Shown here one piece after another: positions 1 to 8,560 of a stretch of 46,772 bases of DNA (positions within the stretch are counted from its first letter, which is position 1; the number at the start of each line of letters is the position of its first letter). A program made the position numbers and the translations under genes. The notes under the pieces are model-generated. The model was given only the letters and a program-made list of their open reading frames with translations. It searched no databases and was not told where the DNA came from. Source of the DNA: Candidatus Undinarchaeota archaeon (GTDB lineage Archaea > SpSt-1190); contig CAYVAH010000004.1 of the NCBI GenBank assembly GCA_964449215.1, forward strand, positions 1 through 46,772, in the 5' to 3' direction.

Positions 1-757
1 CCTGAAATACCAGGACACAAGTTACAACATCTACGTTGCTGCCAACGGGGACGACTACAACATCTCGTTGAAGGACGGTACCTTCGACGTGATAACCATA
101 ACGCCCCACGATGCTGCAACCGGTTTTGACCATCTTGGATCCAAGGACAACGATGCTGAAGCTGATGAGCTTAAGATTGGTACTGAGAGTGTGGGAACGG
201 CCAAGACGGACATCTTGACGCACTACGGAACAATCATTGGAAACCCGAACAGCAACGGCGACAGCGACAAGGTTGTCTTGGAGGTTCCGGATGAGCAGGT
301 CAAGGTCTATGTGTACCTTGGTGCACCTGGAATGACCACGACGACCGGCGAAGTGTCCTACACATACAGCGGCTTGAACGCTGAAGTCGCGGTGCTCGAC
401 AGCGAGGCCGACACGAGCGGGTCAACCCCGTTGGTGATAGTTGGTGGTCCGTACGCCAACGCCCTTGCGGCCAGCCTGATCGGGAGTGACGACGCGACGA
501 TAAAGGACTACTTCGGCTACGACGAAACCACCGGTGCAGGAAAGGGTATCGTGAAGCTTTACGACGCTTCAGCCACACCCTGGAATGTGGAAGCCATGGT
601 GGTCGCCGGTTGGGCTGCCAAGGACACTAGGGCTGCTGCCTACATACTCGGTCAGTACTTGACCGGTGTGAAGGACCTGAGCGCTCTGGATGGTAAGAGC
701 AGCATAACCGTGACTGCTATGAGTGCGACCAGCATAAGCAGCGAAGAGATTGCGTAA
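1..757 (+). CDS. S-layer protein, C-terminal part (5' end outside window)
   Basis: Open frame from the window edge. C-terminal motifs VAVLDSE, LVIVGGPYAN and MVVAGWAAKDTRAAA resemble the euryarchaeal S_layer_C domain; acidic and Thr-rich. Confidence 0.8.
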   Translation, partial: LKYQDTSYNIYVAANGDDYNISLKDGTFDVITITPHDAATGFDHLGSKDNDAEADELKIGTESVGTAKTDILTHYGTIIGNPNSNGDSDKVVLEVPDEQVKVYVYLGAPGMTTTTGEVSYTYSGLNAEVAVLDSEADTSGSTPLVIVGGPYANALAASLIGSDDATIKDYFGYDETTGAGKGIVKLYDASATPWNVEAMVVAGWAAKDTRAAAYILGQYLTGVKDLSALDGKSSITVTAMSATSISSEEIA

Positions 758-765
758 AAACGCAC

Positions 766-785
766 CTTCTTTTTTCTTTTATTTT
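766..785 (+). terminator. Oligo-T archaeal intrinsic terminator after the S-layer gene
   Basis: CTTCTTTTTTCTTTTATTTT shortly after the TAA at 757, between convergent genes. Confidence 0.55.
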
Positions 786-1420
786 CAAATTCTGGCTTTC
801 TTGTCTCCGTGTGATACGAAGCAATTCATGTCCCACCAGATATACCTGGCAAATGGCGCATGTTCTTCGTTTCCCAGTGCCTTTATCAGATTCTTCCTGA
901 ACTGTCCCACTGTTTTTTCGTGGGCATTCTCAACATTATTCCCTTTTATTAAGGACTCCACGAACCGTATTGATGGACCGAGAAACAGCTCTGCTGTTGC
1001 ATCCGATAGGGGTCTGGTGAGTCTCGACGGGTCAAAAACGAACACAAAGTCCTCAGAATATCCTGTAAAGCTAAGGGCTCCATTTTTCACAGCGTTCGGG
1101 CCTAGTTCTTTCGCGGACTTGCAGGATATTGCATAAACTATTTTTGAGTGCAGTATCTTTTCATTTTTTCCTGCTGTTATGAGCGGTTTGTCGTTATGTC
1201 CCCTTACTGTTCTACTGTCTCCATGCCCATTGAGAACTATGAGATTTGGGGAGAATTCCTTTATCATTCCCTCAAGCTCTTCTCTTGTCGCGCGTTCTCT
1301 GGGGAGGTCAATTACCCTAATCCTCCGGCTTTTGGCGATTTTGAGGGTACCTTCACTCCATTTCGACAGGTAATATGTTGTGTCATCATGTTCAGGCCTT
1401 GTTACAAGGTATGTTGCCAT
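785..1420 (-). CDS. Putative caspase-hemoglobinase-fold (CHAT/C25-like) cysteine peptidase, stand-alone, 211 aa
   Basis: LIVLNGHG (strand plus His-Gly), IVYAISCKSA (strand plus Cys), then GALSFTGY; order and spacing fit clan CD proteases. Confidence 0.6.
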   Translation of the reverse strand: MATYLVTRPEHDDTTYYLSKWSEGTLKIAKSRRIRVIDLPRERATREELEGMIKEFSPNLIVLNGHGDSRTVRGHNDKPLITAGKNEKILHSKIVYAISCKSAKELGPNAVKNGALSFTGYSEDFVFVFDPSRLTRPLSDATAELFLGPSIRFVESLIKGNNVENAHEKTVGQFRKNLIKALGNEEHAPFARYIWWDMNCFVSHGDKKARI

Positions 1421-1626
1421 AGGGTACCCCCTTTCTTCAGCGCTCTCAGAAACTCCAGCTCTATTTCAACAATCTTCTTCCCTATCTTGTCTCCACCTTT
1501 GACATGTTTTATCAGCTCATCCCTGCTGAAGCTCCCGTGTCCCCCGATTGACATTTTTTTGTCCGGGGGTAGTGCTTTCAGCCTGACAATGACGAGCTCC
1601 TTGAGTTCATTGGGTACCTCACTCAT
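1402..1626 (-). CDS. Small hypothetical protein (74 aa), middle gene of the three-gene cassette
   Basis: ATGA overlap with the upstream gene, 19-nt overlap with the downstream peptidase gene; protein-like helical composition. Confidence 0.7.
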   Translation of the reverse strand: MSEVPNELKELVIVRLKALPPDKKMSIGGHGSFSRDELIKHVKGGDKIGKKIVEIELEFLRALKKGGTLWQHTL

Positions 1627-1805
1627 ATTATCCCCAACTTTTCGAGTTTTTTTAAGATTTCTTCTCCCTTTGTTGTTTCATTATAAACCTCAACGTATGC
1701 GGCGTTCCAGGTTAGGGGCTTTCCATCCAGAACCACTATTATTTCCTTTCGCAGGTTGAGTGGGAGGTCGGAATATATCTTGATGAATCTCTCCTTTAGT
1801 CCCAC
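1623..1805 (-). CDS. Small hypothetical protein (60 aa), first gene of the three-gene cassette
   Basis: Protein-like composition; its TGA overlaps the next ATG (ATGA). Confidence 0.7.
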   Translation of the reverse strand: MGLKERFIKIYSDLPLNLRKEIIVVLDGKPLTWNAAYVEVYNETTKGEEILKKLEKLGII

Positions 1806-1844
1806 ATAGGTATTTGTCAGATAGCTATAAATGTGTTTTCTAAA

Positions 1845-1858
1845 GCAAAACTTTTAAA
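1845..1858 (+). promoter_or_regulatory. BRE/TATA box of rpl10e (probably a leaderless transcript)
   Basis: GCAAAAC followed by TTTTAAA (1852-1858), starting 28 nt before the ATG at 1880. Confidence 0.55.
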
Positions 1859-1879
1859 CGCCTGCTTCGTGGGTGAGCT

Positions 1880-2422
1880 ATGGGTCTGAGACCTGCCAAG
1901 TGCTACCGGGATGTAAAGGGGAAGCCATACACGCGGAAGGCCATCCGTGTGATGAAAAAGGCCTTCATCAGGGGTATCCCCGGGCCGAAAATACGCATTT
2001 TTGACATGGGAAACAAGAGCAAGAGGGAGTGGAAGCTCGGTGCGGACCTGGTTGCGAAGGACAGAGTGCAGGTCAGGCATAACCAGCTGGAGTCCGTCCG
2101 TATGGCGGTTTTCCGCCACCTGAACAAGTATGTTGGACGGCAGAACTTCTTTTTCCGCATCCGTGCATACCCGCACCACGTCCTGCGGGAAAACCCGATG
2201 GCTACCGGTGCCGGGGCGGACAGGTTCCAGCAGGGTATGAGGCACGCCTTTGGGAAGCCGATAGGGACCGCGGCCAGGCTGAGGCCCGGTAAGGTTCTCC
2301 TTTCGGTCTATGTGGATGACCGGAGGTATCTGGGGGCCATTAAGGAGGCTTTCCGCATAGCGAGGAACAAGCTCAGCGGCGGGTATTCCATCCAGCTCCG
2401 TGAGGATGTCGGGAGGGTCTGA
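1880..2422 (+). CDS. rpl10e: 50S ribosomal protein uL16 (L10e)
   Basis: MGLRPAKCYR, YPHHVLRENPMATGAGADRFQQGMRHAFGKPIG signature. Confidence 0.97.
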   Translation: MGLRPAKCYRDVKGKPYTRKAIRVMKKAFIRGIPGPKIRIFDMGNKSKREWKLGADLVAKDRVQVRHNQLESVRMAVFRHLNKYVGRQNFFFRIRAYPHHVLRENPMATGAGADRFQQGMRHAFGKPIGTAARLRPGKVLLSVYVDDRRYLGAIKEAFRIARNKLSGGYSIQLREDVGRV

Positions 2423-2454
2423 AAGCTTATTTATCTGCCCTGCACCCCCTTTAT

Positions 2455-2856
2455 GTGTTTGGCTTTCTGTCACGGCTGTTTGGGAAGGAAGAGGTTCCCC
2501 GGAGCTCCGAGGAAAAGCTGGATGCCATATTCAGCATGGTCCGGGAAATAAGGGACGAGCTGAAGCCGATGGGGCCCACGGGGGAAAGAATGAGCAGGCT
2601 CGAGCTTATAGTGTCCGCAGTTTCGAAGATGAACCCTCAGGAGAGAGAGGCACTCATGCAGGAGCTTGAGTCGCTTGAGGTGGATGACCAGATACTCTCA
2701 TGCATAGAAAAGCCCAAGACCATCGAGGAGATTGCCCGGACAATAAACAGGAGTTATGGCTACACGGCCAATCGTCTCCGGAGCCTTCTGAAGCAGGGCA
2801 GGACCATGCGGAAGCGTGATGCCGTCACGCGGAAGTATGTTTATGTCCGGCTCTGA
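2455..2856 (+). CDS. Winged-helix DNA-binding protein with N-terminal amphipathic helix
   Basis: C-terminal PKTIEEIARTINRSYGYTANRLRSLLKQG plus beta-wing; N-terminal MFGFLSRLFG. Confidence 0.6.
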   Translation: MFGFLSRLFGKEEVPRSSEEKLDAIFSMVREIRDELKPMGPTGERMSRLELIVSAVSKMNPQEREALMQELESLEVDDQILSCIEKPKTIEEIARTINRSYGYTANRLRSLLKQGRTMRKRDAVTRKYVYVRL

Positions 2857-3793
2857 ACAGGCCGGGCAGGTCAGTGTCCACCCGGATTTTCTGGAAATAA
2901 TCCGCCTTTTCCGGTGGCACCCTTAAGTCCGAAAGGGATCCGGCATATGCTATCATTGTGCCGTTGTCCCCTGCGAACTCTTCCGGGACCACCCTGAATC
3001 TTGCTCCCCGTTCGGCACACATTTTCTTGAACATCCCCACAAGCCGTTTGTTCCGTGCCACCCCACCCACCAGCAGGGTTTCGTCTTTCCCGGTGTGCGC
3101 CAGGGCCCTTTCAGTGACTTCCACCAGCATTGCAAAGGCATGCTCCTGAAAGCTGAACGCCACATCCTCCGGGCGATGGCCCTCGAGGAGTCGGATTGCA
3201 TGGGTCGTCAGCCCGGAGAAACTCAGGTCCATCCCCTTCACAACGTATGGCATTTCCAGGAACTTACCCTTTCTGGCGAGTTTTTCTATCTCAGGCCCCC
3301 CGGGGTGGCCCACTCCGAGTTTCCTGGCGAGCTTGTCGAGGGCGTTTCCAAGGGCTATGTCCAGGGTCTCACCAAGGATTCTCCAGCCACCACAGTGTGT
3401 GATTATCTGCGTATTTCCCCCACTCACATAGACTATCACCGGGTCCTTGAGTCCGGTGGTTTTCAGCCCTATTTCCAGGTGGGCGACGGCGTGGTTTACC
3501 GGTATGAGGGGAACCCCAAGCTTCAGGGCCAGGAATCTGGCGACCACCGTTCCCACCCTCAGGCAGGGGCCAAGTCCTGGGCCGCAGGAGTACGCCACGG
3601 CATCCGGTACACCGACCAGTGCTTTCTTTACGACCCTCCCTGCAACCCGGGCGTGGTGGTCTGCCGCCTTTCTCGGGTGTATTCCCCCTTCTTCCGGCTC
3701 ATACATTTCCACCACGTTACTCTTCAGCTCCCCGCCCTCCACAAAACCGGCGCCGAAGCTGTGAGCTGTGCTTTCTATCCCCAGGACCCTCAT
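2825..3793 (-). CDS. kae1: tRNA N6-threonylcarbamoyltransferase Kae1/TsaD (not fused to Bud32)
   Basis: MRVLGIESTAH, GGIHPRKAADHH, GPGLGPCL, VNHAVAHLE, VSGGNT, GETLDIALGN, GDNGTMIA; start moved to the ATG at 3793. Confidence 0.96.
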   Translation of the reverse strand: MRVLGIESTAHSFGAGFVEGGELKSNVVEMYEPEEGGIHPRKAADHHARVAGRVVKKALVGVPDAVAYSCGPGLGPCLRVGTVVARFLALKLGVPLIPVNHAVAHLEIGLKTTGLKDPVIVYVSGGNTQIITHCGGWRILGETLDIALGNALDKLARKLGVGHPGGPEIEKLARKGKFLEMPYVVKGMDLSFSGLTTHAIRLLEGHRPEDVAFSFQEHAFAMLVEVTERALAHTGKDETLLVGGVARNKRLVGMFKKMCAERGARFRVVPEEFAGDNGTMIAYAGSLSDLRVPPEKADYFQKIRVDTDLPGLFRAGHKHTSA

Positions 3794-3839
3794 GGAGTCC
3801 TTTGGTAAAGCTATTTTAATTATTTGGTGAATCTCCACT

Positions 3840-5063
3840 GTGATAACTCCTTTCACCCTGTTCACCTGGGTGGTGCTGACACTTTCGACCTACATATCCA
3901 TCTACTACCTGCTGATGTATCTTGAGGGGGGGAAGCGGGAGGGACTGCCGGAGGAGGAACCGGAGGTCACGATTGCGGTCCCGGCGCACAACGAGAAGGG
4001 AAGCATATACAGGTGCTTGGAGTCCATATACGGGCTTGATTACCCCCAGGACAAGCTCCGCGTGATTTTTGTTGATGATGGTTCCACTGACGGGACCGCA
4101 GAAGTGGTGAAGGAGTTTGTGAAGAAACATGCTGACCTGCAGGTTCTGATGGTCAGGCACCGGAAAAACAAAGGCAAGGCTGCTGCCCTGAACACTGCCC
4201 TGAAGCTCACGAAGACGCCATACTTTGTCACCATGGACTCCGATTCATTTGTCGATCCCGGGGCTCTGAGGGAGCTGTTGAAATGTGCCAAAGGGTGTGC
4301 GGTTGTGACCCCCGCAGTCATCCCGGCACGTTCTGATAGGAGATTTCACCGCCTGCAGGCAATTGAGTATGTTTACGGAAATTACCTCGCCAACCTGCTC
4401 AGCGGCTTTGACGCCCAGATGGTTGCCCCCGGGCCGTTTTCACTTTTCAACACTGAGATGCTGAGGGAAGTTGGCGGGTTCGATGAGACATCCCCGACTG
4501 AGGACCTCGAAATAATTTACCGCCTGCGCGAAGGGGGTCACAGAGTGATGATGAACTACAGGGCGGTGGTCCGGACAGAAACCCCTTCTTCGCTGGGAGA
4601 GCTGATAAGGCAAAGGAAGCGCTGGCATCTCGGCTTTTTTGATGCCCTTGAGAAACACAGGGGGTTCCTGGTTCACAGGAGCGAGTTCGGTGCCCAGACT
4701 GCCCTGAAGGCGCTCTTCTTTTCAATCTCGGCGGCTTTCCTGATTCTTTTTATATGGGGAACCTACAGGGGCTTTCTTCCAGTTTATACATTTTTCAAGG
4801 CAGTTGGTCTGGACGTCCTCCCCTATCTGCGGGACCTCCAGCTGAAATTTGACCTTCTCGGCATAGACCCGCAGGTTTTGCTCTACACCTCAATTACCAT
4901 TGTTCTCACCTTGTTTTTTATAGTGGCATCCTTCAGGAAATCGGAGGAACTTCATATACGTCCCCTGGATTCCATAATATTCTTAATGTCGTATGGCTTT
5001 GCATTGTCGGTGGCCACCGTCCTCGCGGTGGTCTCGTGGATAAGGAGGGACTATAAGTGGTGA
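3840..5063 (+). CDS. Processive GT2 glycosyltransferase (cellulose/PNAG/hyaluronan synthase-like), membrane-bound
   Basis: DDGSTD, DSD, TED and QRKRW (D,D,D,QxxRW) motifs with N- and C-terminal TM helices. Confidence 0.88.
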   Translation: MITPFTLFTWVVLTLSTYISIYYLLMYLEGGKREGLPEEEPEVTIAVPAHNEKGSIYRCLESIYGLDYPQDKLRVIFVDDGSTDGTAEVVKEFVKKHADLQVLMVRHRKNKGKAAALNTALKLTKTPYFVTMDSDSFVDPGALRELLKCAKGCAVVTPAVIPARSDRRFHRLQAIEYVYGNYLANLLSGFDAQMVAPGPFSLFNTEMLREVGGFDETSPTEDLEIIYRLREGGHRVMMNYRAVVRTETPSSLGELIRQRKRWHLGFFDALEKHRGFLVHRSEFGAQTALKALFFSISAAFLILFIWGTYRGFLPVYTFFKAVGLDVLPYLRDLQLKFDLLGIDPQVLLYTSITIVLTLFFIVASFRKSEELHIRPLDSIIFLMSYGFALSVATVLAVVSWIRRDYKW

Positions 5064-5692
5064 AGCGGGCGGTTGCTGCGGCTTTCCTCACAGCCCTGGT
5101 TTTCCTGTCTGGACTATCTTTGGGTTTCTTCTGGGACACCCTGCGGACTCAGCGTTCCGAGCAGAGGATAGATGAGCTGGTTGTCTATTCCTCCGCTCTT
5201 TTCCTCGAGAGCAGGCTTATTGAGGATGCGGGGTGCGAGTCGTTGAGGCCCGTGCTGGATGAAGCCATGGAAGACCTGTCGGAGGCCCTGCAAAGATATG
5301 AGTTCTACACGAAGCAGTCGAGGGTGAATCTGGACAGCGAAAACCTTCTCTACCGCCGCTACCTGATGGCAAATCTCCGTTACTGGTTTTTTTACAAGGA
5401 GTTCAAGGAAAGGTGCGGGTTGAACAGCACGATAGTGCTTTTCTTCTTCGGTCCGGACTGCCCGGACTGTGACGTGATGTCGGACCGCCTGACCCTTCTC
5501 AAGAAAAAATACGGTGGTGACGTGATGGTGTTTCCAATCAATATGGAACTTGCCGCGAGAGATCCTGTGGCGAACACCCTGAAGAGCATTTACAACGTCA
5601 CCTCCTATCCTTCGCTGATTGTCAATGGCAAAAAATACGGATACCTCGAAAAGAAGGAGCTGGAGGGACTCGTGTGCGGCGGGACATGCTAG
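5057..5692 (+). CDS. Membrane-anchored thioredoxin-fold protein
   Basis: N-terminal TM helix, CPDC motif, YNVTSYPSL cis-Pro loop. Confidence 0.75.
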   Translation: MVKRAVAAAFLTALVFLSGLSLGFFWDTLRTQRSEQRIDELVVYSSALFLESRLIEDAGCESLRPVLDEAMEDLSEALQRYEFYTKQSRVNLDSENLLYRRYLMANLRYWFFYKEFKERCGLNSTIVLFFFGPDCPDCDVMSDRLTLLKKKYGGDVMVFPINMELAARDPVANTLKSIYNVTSYPSLIVNGKKYGYLEKKELEGLVCGGTC

Positions 5693-6840
5693 CCTTCTGG
5701 GTCATCTACGCGGTGCTCCTCCTGATTTTCGTTTCCCGCCCGGTGCTTGTGGGGTGGGATCCCTCTGAATATCTGGCTTACGGGAAGTGGCTTTTCTCCG
5801 GGTATGGATTCCGGGCGGAATACCGCCCCCCTGTCTGGCCCCTGCTTCTGGGTGCCCTGTGGAAGCTGGGATTCCCCATGCCCTTCACGATGAAGGCTTT
5901 GACTTTTTTGATATATGCGGCAATACCCCTGGTGCCATTGCGGTCATTTGAGGATTCCCGCAGGTATATAGGGCTCCTCATCGCCTCGCATCCGCTCTTT
6001 GCCAGCTGGACACATCTCCCGCTCAGTCATCCAATTGCCACGCTGTTTTTTGTGCTGGCTTACTCCAGCTCAGGGGTTCTCTCCGGCATTTTTGCGGCGT
6101 TTTCGGGGCTCTCGCGCTTTACTTTTCTCCTGTACCTGCCGTTTATCTGCTGGAAGGACCGGCGGAGATGGGCCGGTTCCCTCTCCGTCCTTTCGCTCTT
6201 CTTTCTCTGGTCCTGGTCCCTGTATGGTGACCCCTTTCTTCCCCTCAAAAGCGCTTCTGAGCTGATAAATGAACCTGAATACCTGTGGTTCTGGGAGAAA
6301 GAGCCCTGGTTTTACCTCAAGGCCTTTGCATTTTCCCCCCTGCTTGTTCTCGGTTTTCTTTCACGCTCCCGGTTCACCATATCCGCTCTTGCTTCCCTCC
6401 TTTACTTCAGCTTCCTTCCACACAAAGAGTTCAGGTTCTTCATTGACGTGTTGCCCTCAATTTCCACGGTCACGGTGGAGGCCTTCAACAAGCTCCCCCT
6501 GGTGATTGCTGCCGCGAATCTGCTGGTTGTGCCCTTCTTCTACCATGCTGCCCAGCTCCCGCCTGAGGCCTGGGACTTTATTCCTGACGGTGCCACCGTT
6601 GTGGGGATGACACCTGAGGTGAATGCCTACAGGAATGTTTATTTCAAGAGGTGGTTTTACCCGGCGGAGATACCCGATGCCGAATATTGCATATACTTTG
6701 ACAGTGCCATACCCTGTGCCACCGAAAGCTGCAGGGAAAAGAAGCTCAGGTTCAGGGATTCCTGCGACCCCCTATACTCCAACGGGGCTTTCGGACTGGT
6801 GGTCGGGCTCACTCGACATCCATCCGCGGTGCCAGGATAA
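5686..6840 (+). CDS. GT-C-fold polytopic glycosyltransferase (PMT/ALG9/PIG-B-like)
   Basis: WDPSEY after TM1, RPP motif, PHKEFRF motif, many TM helices. Confidence 0.7.
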   Translation: MLAFWVIYAVLLLIFVSRPVLVGWDPSEYLAYGKWLFSGYGFRAEYRPPVWPLLLGALWKLGFPMPFTMKALTFLIYAAIPLVPLRSFEDSRRYIGLLIASHPLFASWTHLPLSHPIATLFFVLAYSSSGVLSGIFAAFSGLSRFTFLLYLPFICWKDRRRWAGSLSVLSLFFLWSWSLYGDPFLPLKSASELINEPEYLWFWEKEPWFYLKAFAFSPLLVLGFLSRSRFTISALASLLYFSFLPHKEFRFFIDVLPSISTVTVEAFNKLPLVIAAANLLVVPFFYHAAQLPPEAWDFIPDGATVVGMTPEVNAYRNVYFKRWFYPAEIPDAEYCIYFDSAIPCATESCREKKLRFRDSCDPLYSNGAFGLVVGLTRHPSAVPG

Positions 6841-7549
6841 ATGCCACCGCCACATCCGGTTCAGAGAACTGGAGCATCAGGGGGTAGTCGGACTTGAATG
6901 CCAGGGCGGCTCTGTCCCCGATTCTTGTCTTTGCAATCTTCCCCATGTATTCCGTGGAGTATTTTGCCCGGGCATTTTCCTGCATTTCAATCTCCTCGAG
7001 CCCCTCACCCTTCCGCATTACCGTCTCAACATCTCCAAGGTTTCCCTGGGCGAGGAGCCGGAGCTCGTTGTTTGCTGCGAGGAGAGTCAGAGCGTCGCTG
7101 ACCACCGAGGCATCCTCTATGGCTTCCTTCAGCAGTTTGGCGTCCAGCTCTGCCTTTACTGTGAAGCTCAGGTTGGGTTCGGGGCGTGGTCCACTCTCGA
7201 GGGCGAGCAACGGGATTGAGAAGCGCCTCGTGTTCTTGCCCTTATAGACCAGCTCCATCTTCCCGTTTGCAACCTTCATGTCTATGGAGTCTGCCTTCCT
7301 TGAGCGTCGGAGGACCTGCATGAACCTCTCCATATTCACGCCTATGAAACTTTCTTCATCAATTTTGTATTCATCGAAGGCGCTCTTCTTTATTTCCATA
7401 ACAACCATTGCCACATTTGCGGGGTCCATGGCTCTCAGGATCAGTCCATCCTTCCCGAGTTTGAAGGTCACTTCGTCCTTCACCAGCTCATATGCCGCTT
7501 TTATGGCCTCAATTATTGGTTTGGGGCTGCTTATCTTCGCTTCGAACAT
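6809..7549 (-). CDS. pcn: DNA polymerase sliding clamp PCNA
   Basis: LRAMDPANVAMV, AKYSTEY, DYPL and C-terminal FILAPR; start at ATG 7549. Confidence 0.96.
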   Translation of the reverse strand: MFEAKISSPKPIIEAIKAAYELVKDEVTFKLGKDGLILRAMDPANVAMVVMEIKKSAFDEYKIDEESFIGVNMERFMQVLRRSRKADSIDMKVANGKMELVYKGKNTRRFSIPLLALESGPRPEPNLSFTVKAELDAKLLKEAIEDASVVSDALTLLAANNELRLLAQGNLGDVETVMRKGEGLEEIEMQENARAKYSTEYMGKIAKTRIGDRAALAFKSDYPLMLQFSEPDVAVAFILAPRMDVE

Positions 7550-7856
7550 TTTTCCACACCTCCAGTGTCTGTCTGAACCTGCTCGGTTCAAATCCCTTGA
7601 CCTTTCTGATTATCTCAGCGTCCACGCCCGAGCTCCCTGCCCAGCCTATTGCGACCACCTGATCACCCGGTCGGTAGGAGTCGAGCTTCTCTATTAGGTC
7701 AAGGTTGTTTAAAAACAGCTCGATGGACGAGCTGCCATCATCCAGGACGAGTTTTCCCTCCCCCGGAGACACGGATACCACAGTTCCATAGAGCTTCACC
7801 CTCTTATCCTCCGGGCTGACCTCGGAAGCTGTCCTGGCTTTTGTCGGTATCCTCAT
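7509..7856 (-). CDS. Small OB-fold protein, RPA14/RPA3-like replication protein A subunit
   Basis: RVKLYGTVV, LVLDDGS, GDQVVAIG, AEII OB-fold pattern with C-terminal helix; directly upstream of PCNA. Confidence 0.7.
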   Translation of the reverse strand: MRIPTKARTASEVSPEDKRVKLYGTVVSVSPGEGKLVLDDGSSSIELFLNNLDLIEKLDSYRPGDQVVAIGWAGSSGVDAEIIRKVKGFEPSRFRQTLEVWKNVRSEDKQPQTNN

Positions 7857-7891
7857 CACAGAAAGGGAAACAACAGCTTTTTATAAAGAGA

Positions 7892-8464
7892 ATGCAGGTT
7901 ATTCCTGTGAGGCTCCCCGTGCTTCTGTTGCTGATGGTGCAGGCTTTTGCTGTTTCCGTGTCCATCTCCCCGGGATATGTCCGGATGCCTGTCGGTTCAA
8001 ACCAGAGCTTTGAAATTCAGATGGTTGGGGATGGGAAACTATATGAGCTGAGCGTTTATGGCTCCTACCTGAGCTGGCAGAAGCAAAAAATCTGGGTTGG
8101 TCCCACCGGCAAAAGCGTTCAGGTGGTTTTTTCTCCCCTCCAGCAGGGTGAATACACCATATCCGCCGAGATGGGTGACGCCCACGGAGAGGCCGTTGCT
8201 CACGTCTACGCTCCCTCGGCGAGTTCCGTGATGGAGGAAATAAAGCGCCTCAGGTCGCAGTTCTCGGACCCCGAAGCGCTGAAGATACTTGATGAGGCTG
8301 AGAGACTTTACAATGAAAGCCGTTTTGGTCTTGCGGAGATGAAGCTCAGGGAGCTGGAAGGTTACAGCCCACCGGAGACCAGGCTGCCGGAAGCGCCCAA
8401 GTTCTTCCTTGTCGCCCTCCTCGCGGTTGCTGCGGTAGTGGCTGCCAAGCTCCTACTCGGTTAG
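7892..8464 (+). CDS. Secreted/membrane-anchored hypothetical protein
   Basis: Signal-peptide-like N-terminus, beta-rich (Ig-like) domain, helical segment and C-terminal TM helix. Confidence 0.6.
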   Translation: MQVIPVRLPVLLLLMVQAFAVSVSISPGYVRMPVGSNQSFEIQMVGDGKLYELSVYGSYLSWQKQKIWVGPTGKSVQVVFSPLQQGEYTISAEMGDAHGEAVAHVYAPSASSVMEEIKRLRSQFSDPEALKILDEAERLYNESRFGLAEMKLRELEGYSPPETRLPEAPKFFLVALLAVAAVVAAKLLLG

Positions 8465-8560
8465 TTCCAGTTCGCCGAGTCTCGAGACCACAAAATAACC
8501 GACCCCGAGGAAGAACAAGGAGCCACACACCAGCCCGAGTTCCGCTAATATCTCATTCAC
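8453..8560 (-). CDS. Candidate 35-aa single-TM microprotein (not in ORF track)
   Basis: GTG at 8560 overlaps the end of hef; MNEILAELGLVCGSLFFLGVGYFVVSRLGELELTE; fills the intergenic gap. Confidence 0.35.
   Translation of the reverse strand: MNEILAELGLVCGSLFFLGVGYFVVSRLGELELTE

Noticed and set aside
785..1805. Cassette as an IS element or prophage remnant
   Set aside because: No transposase or integrase, terminal inverted repeats or target-site duplication seen
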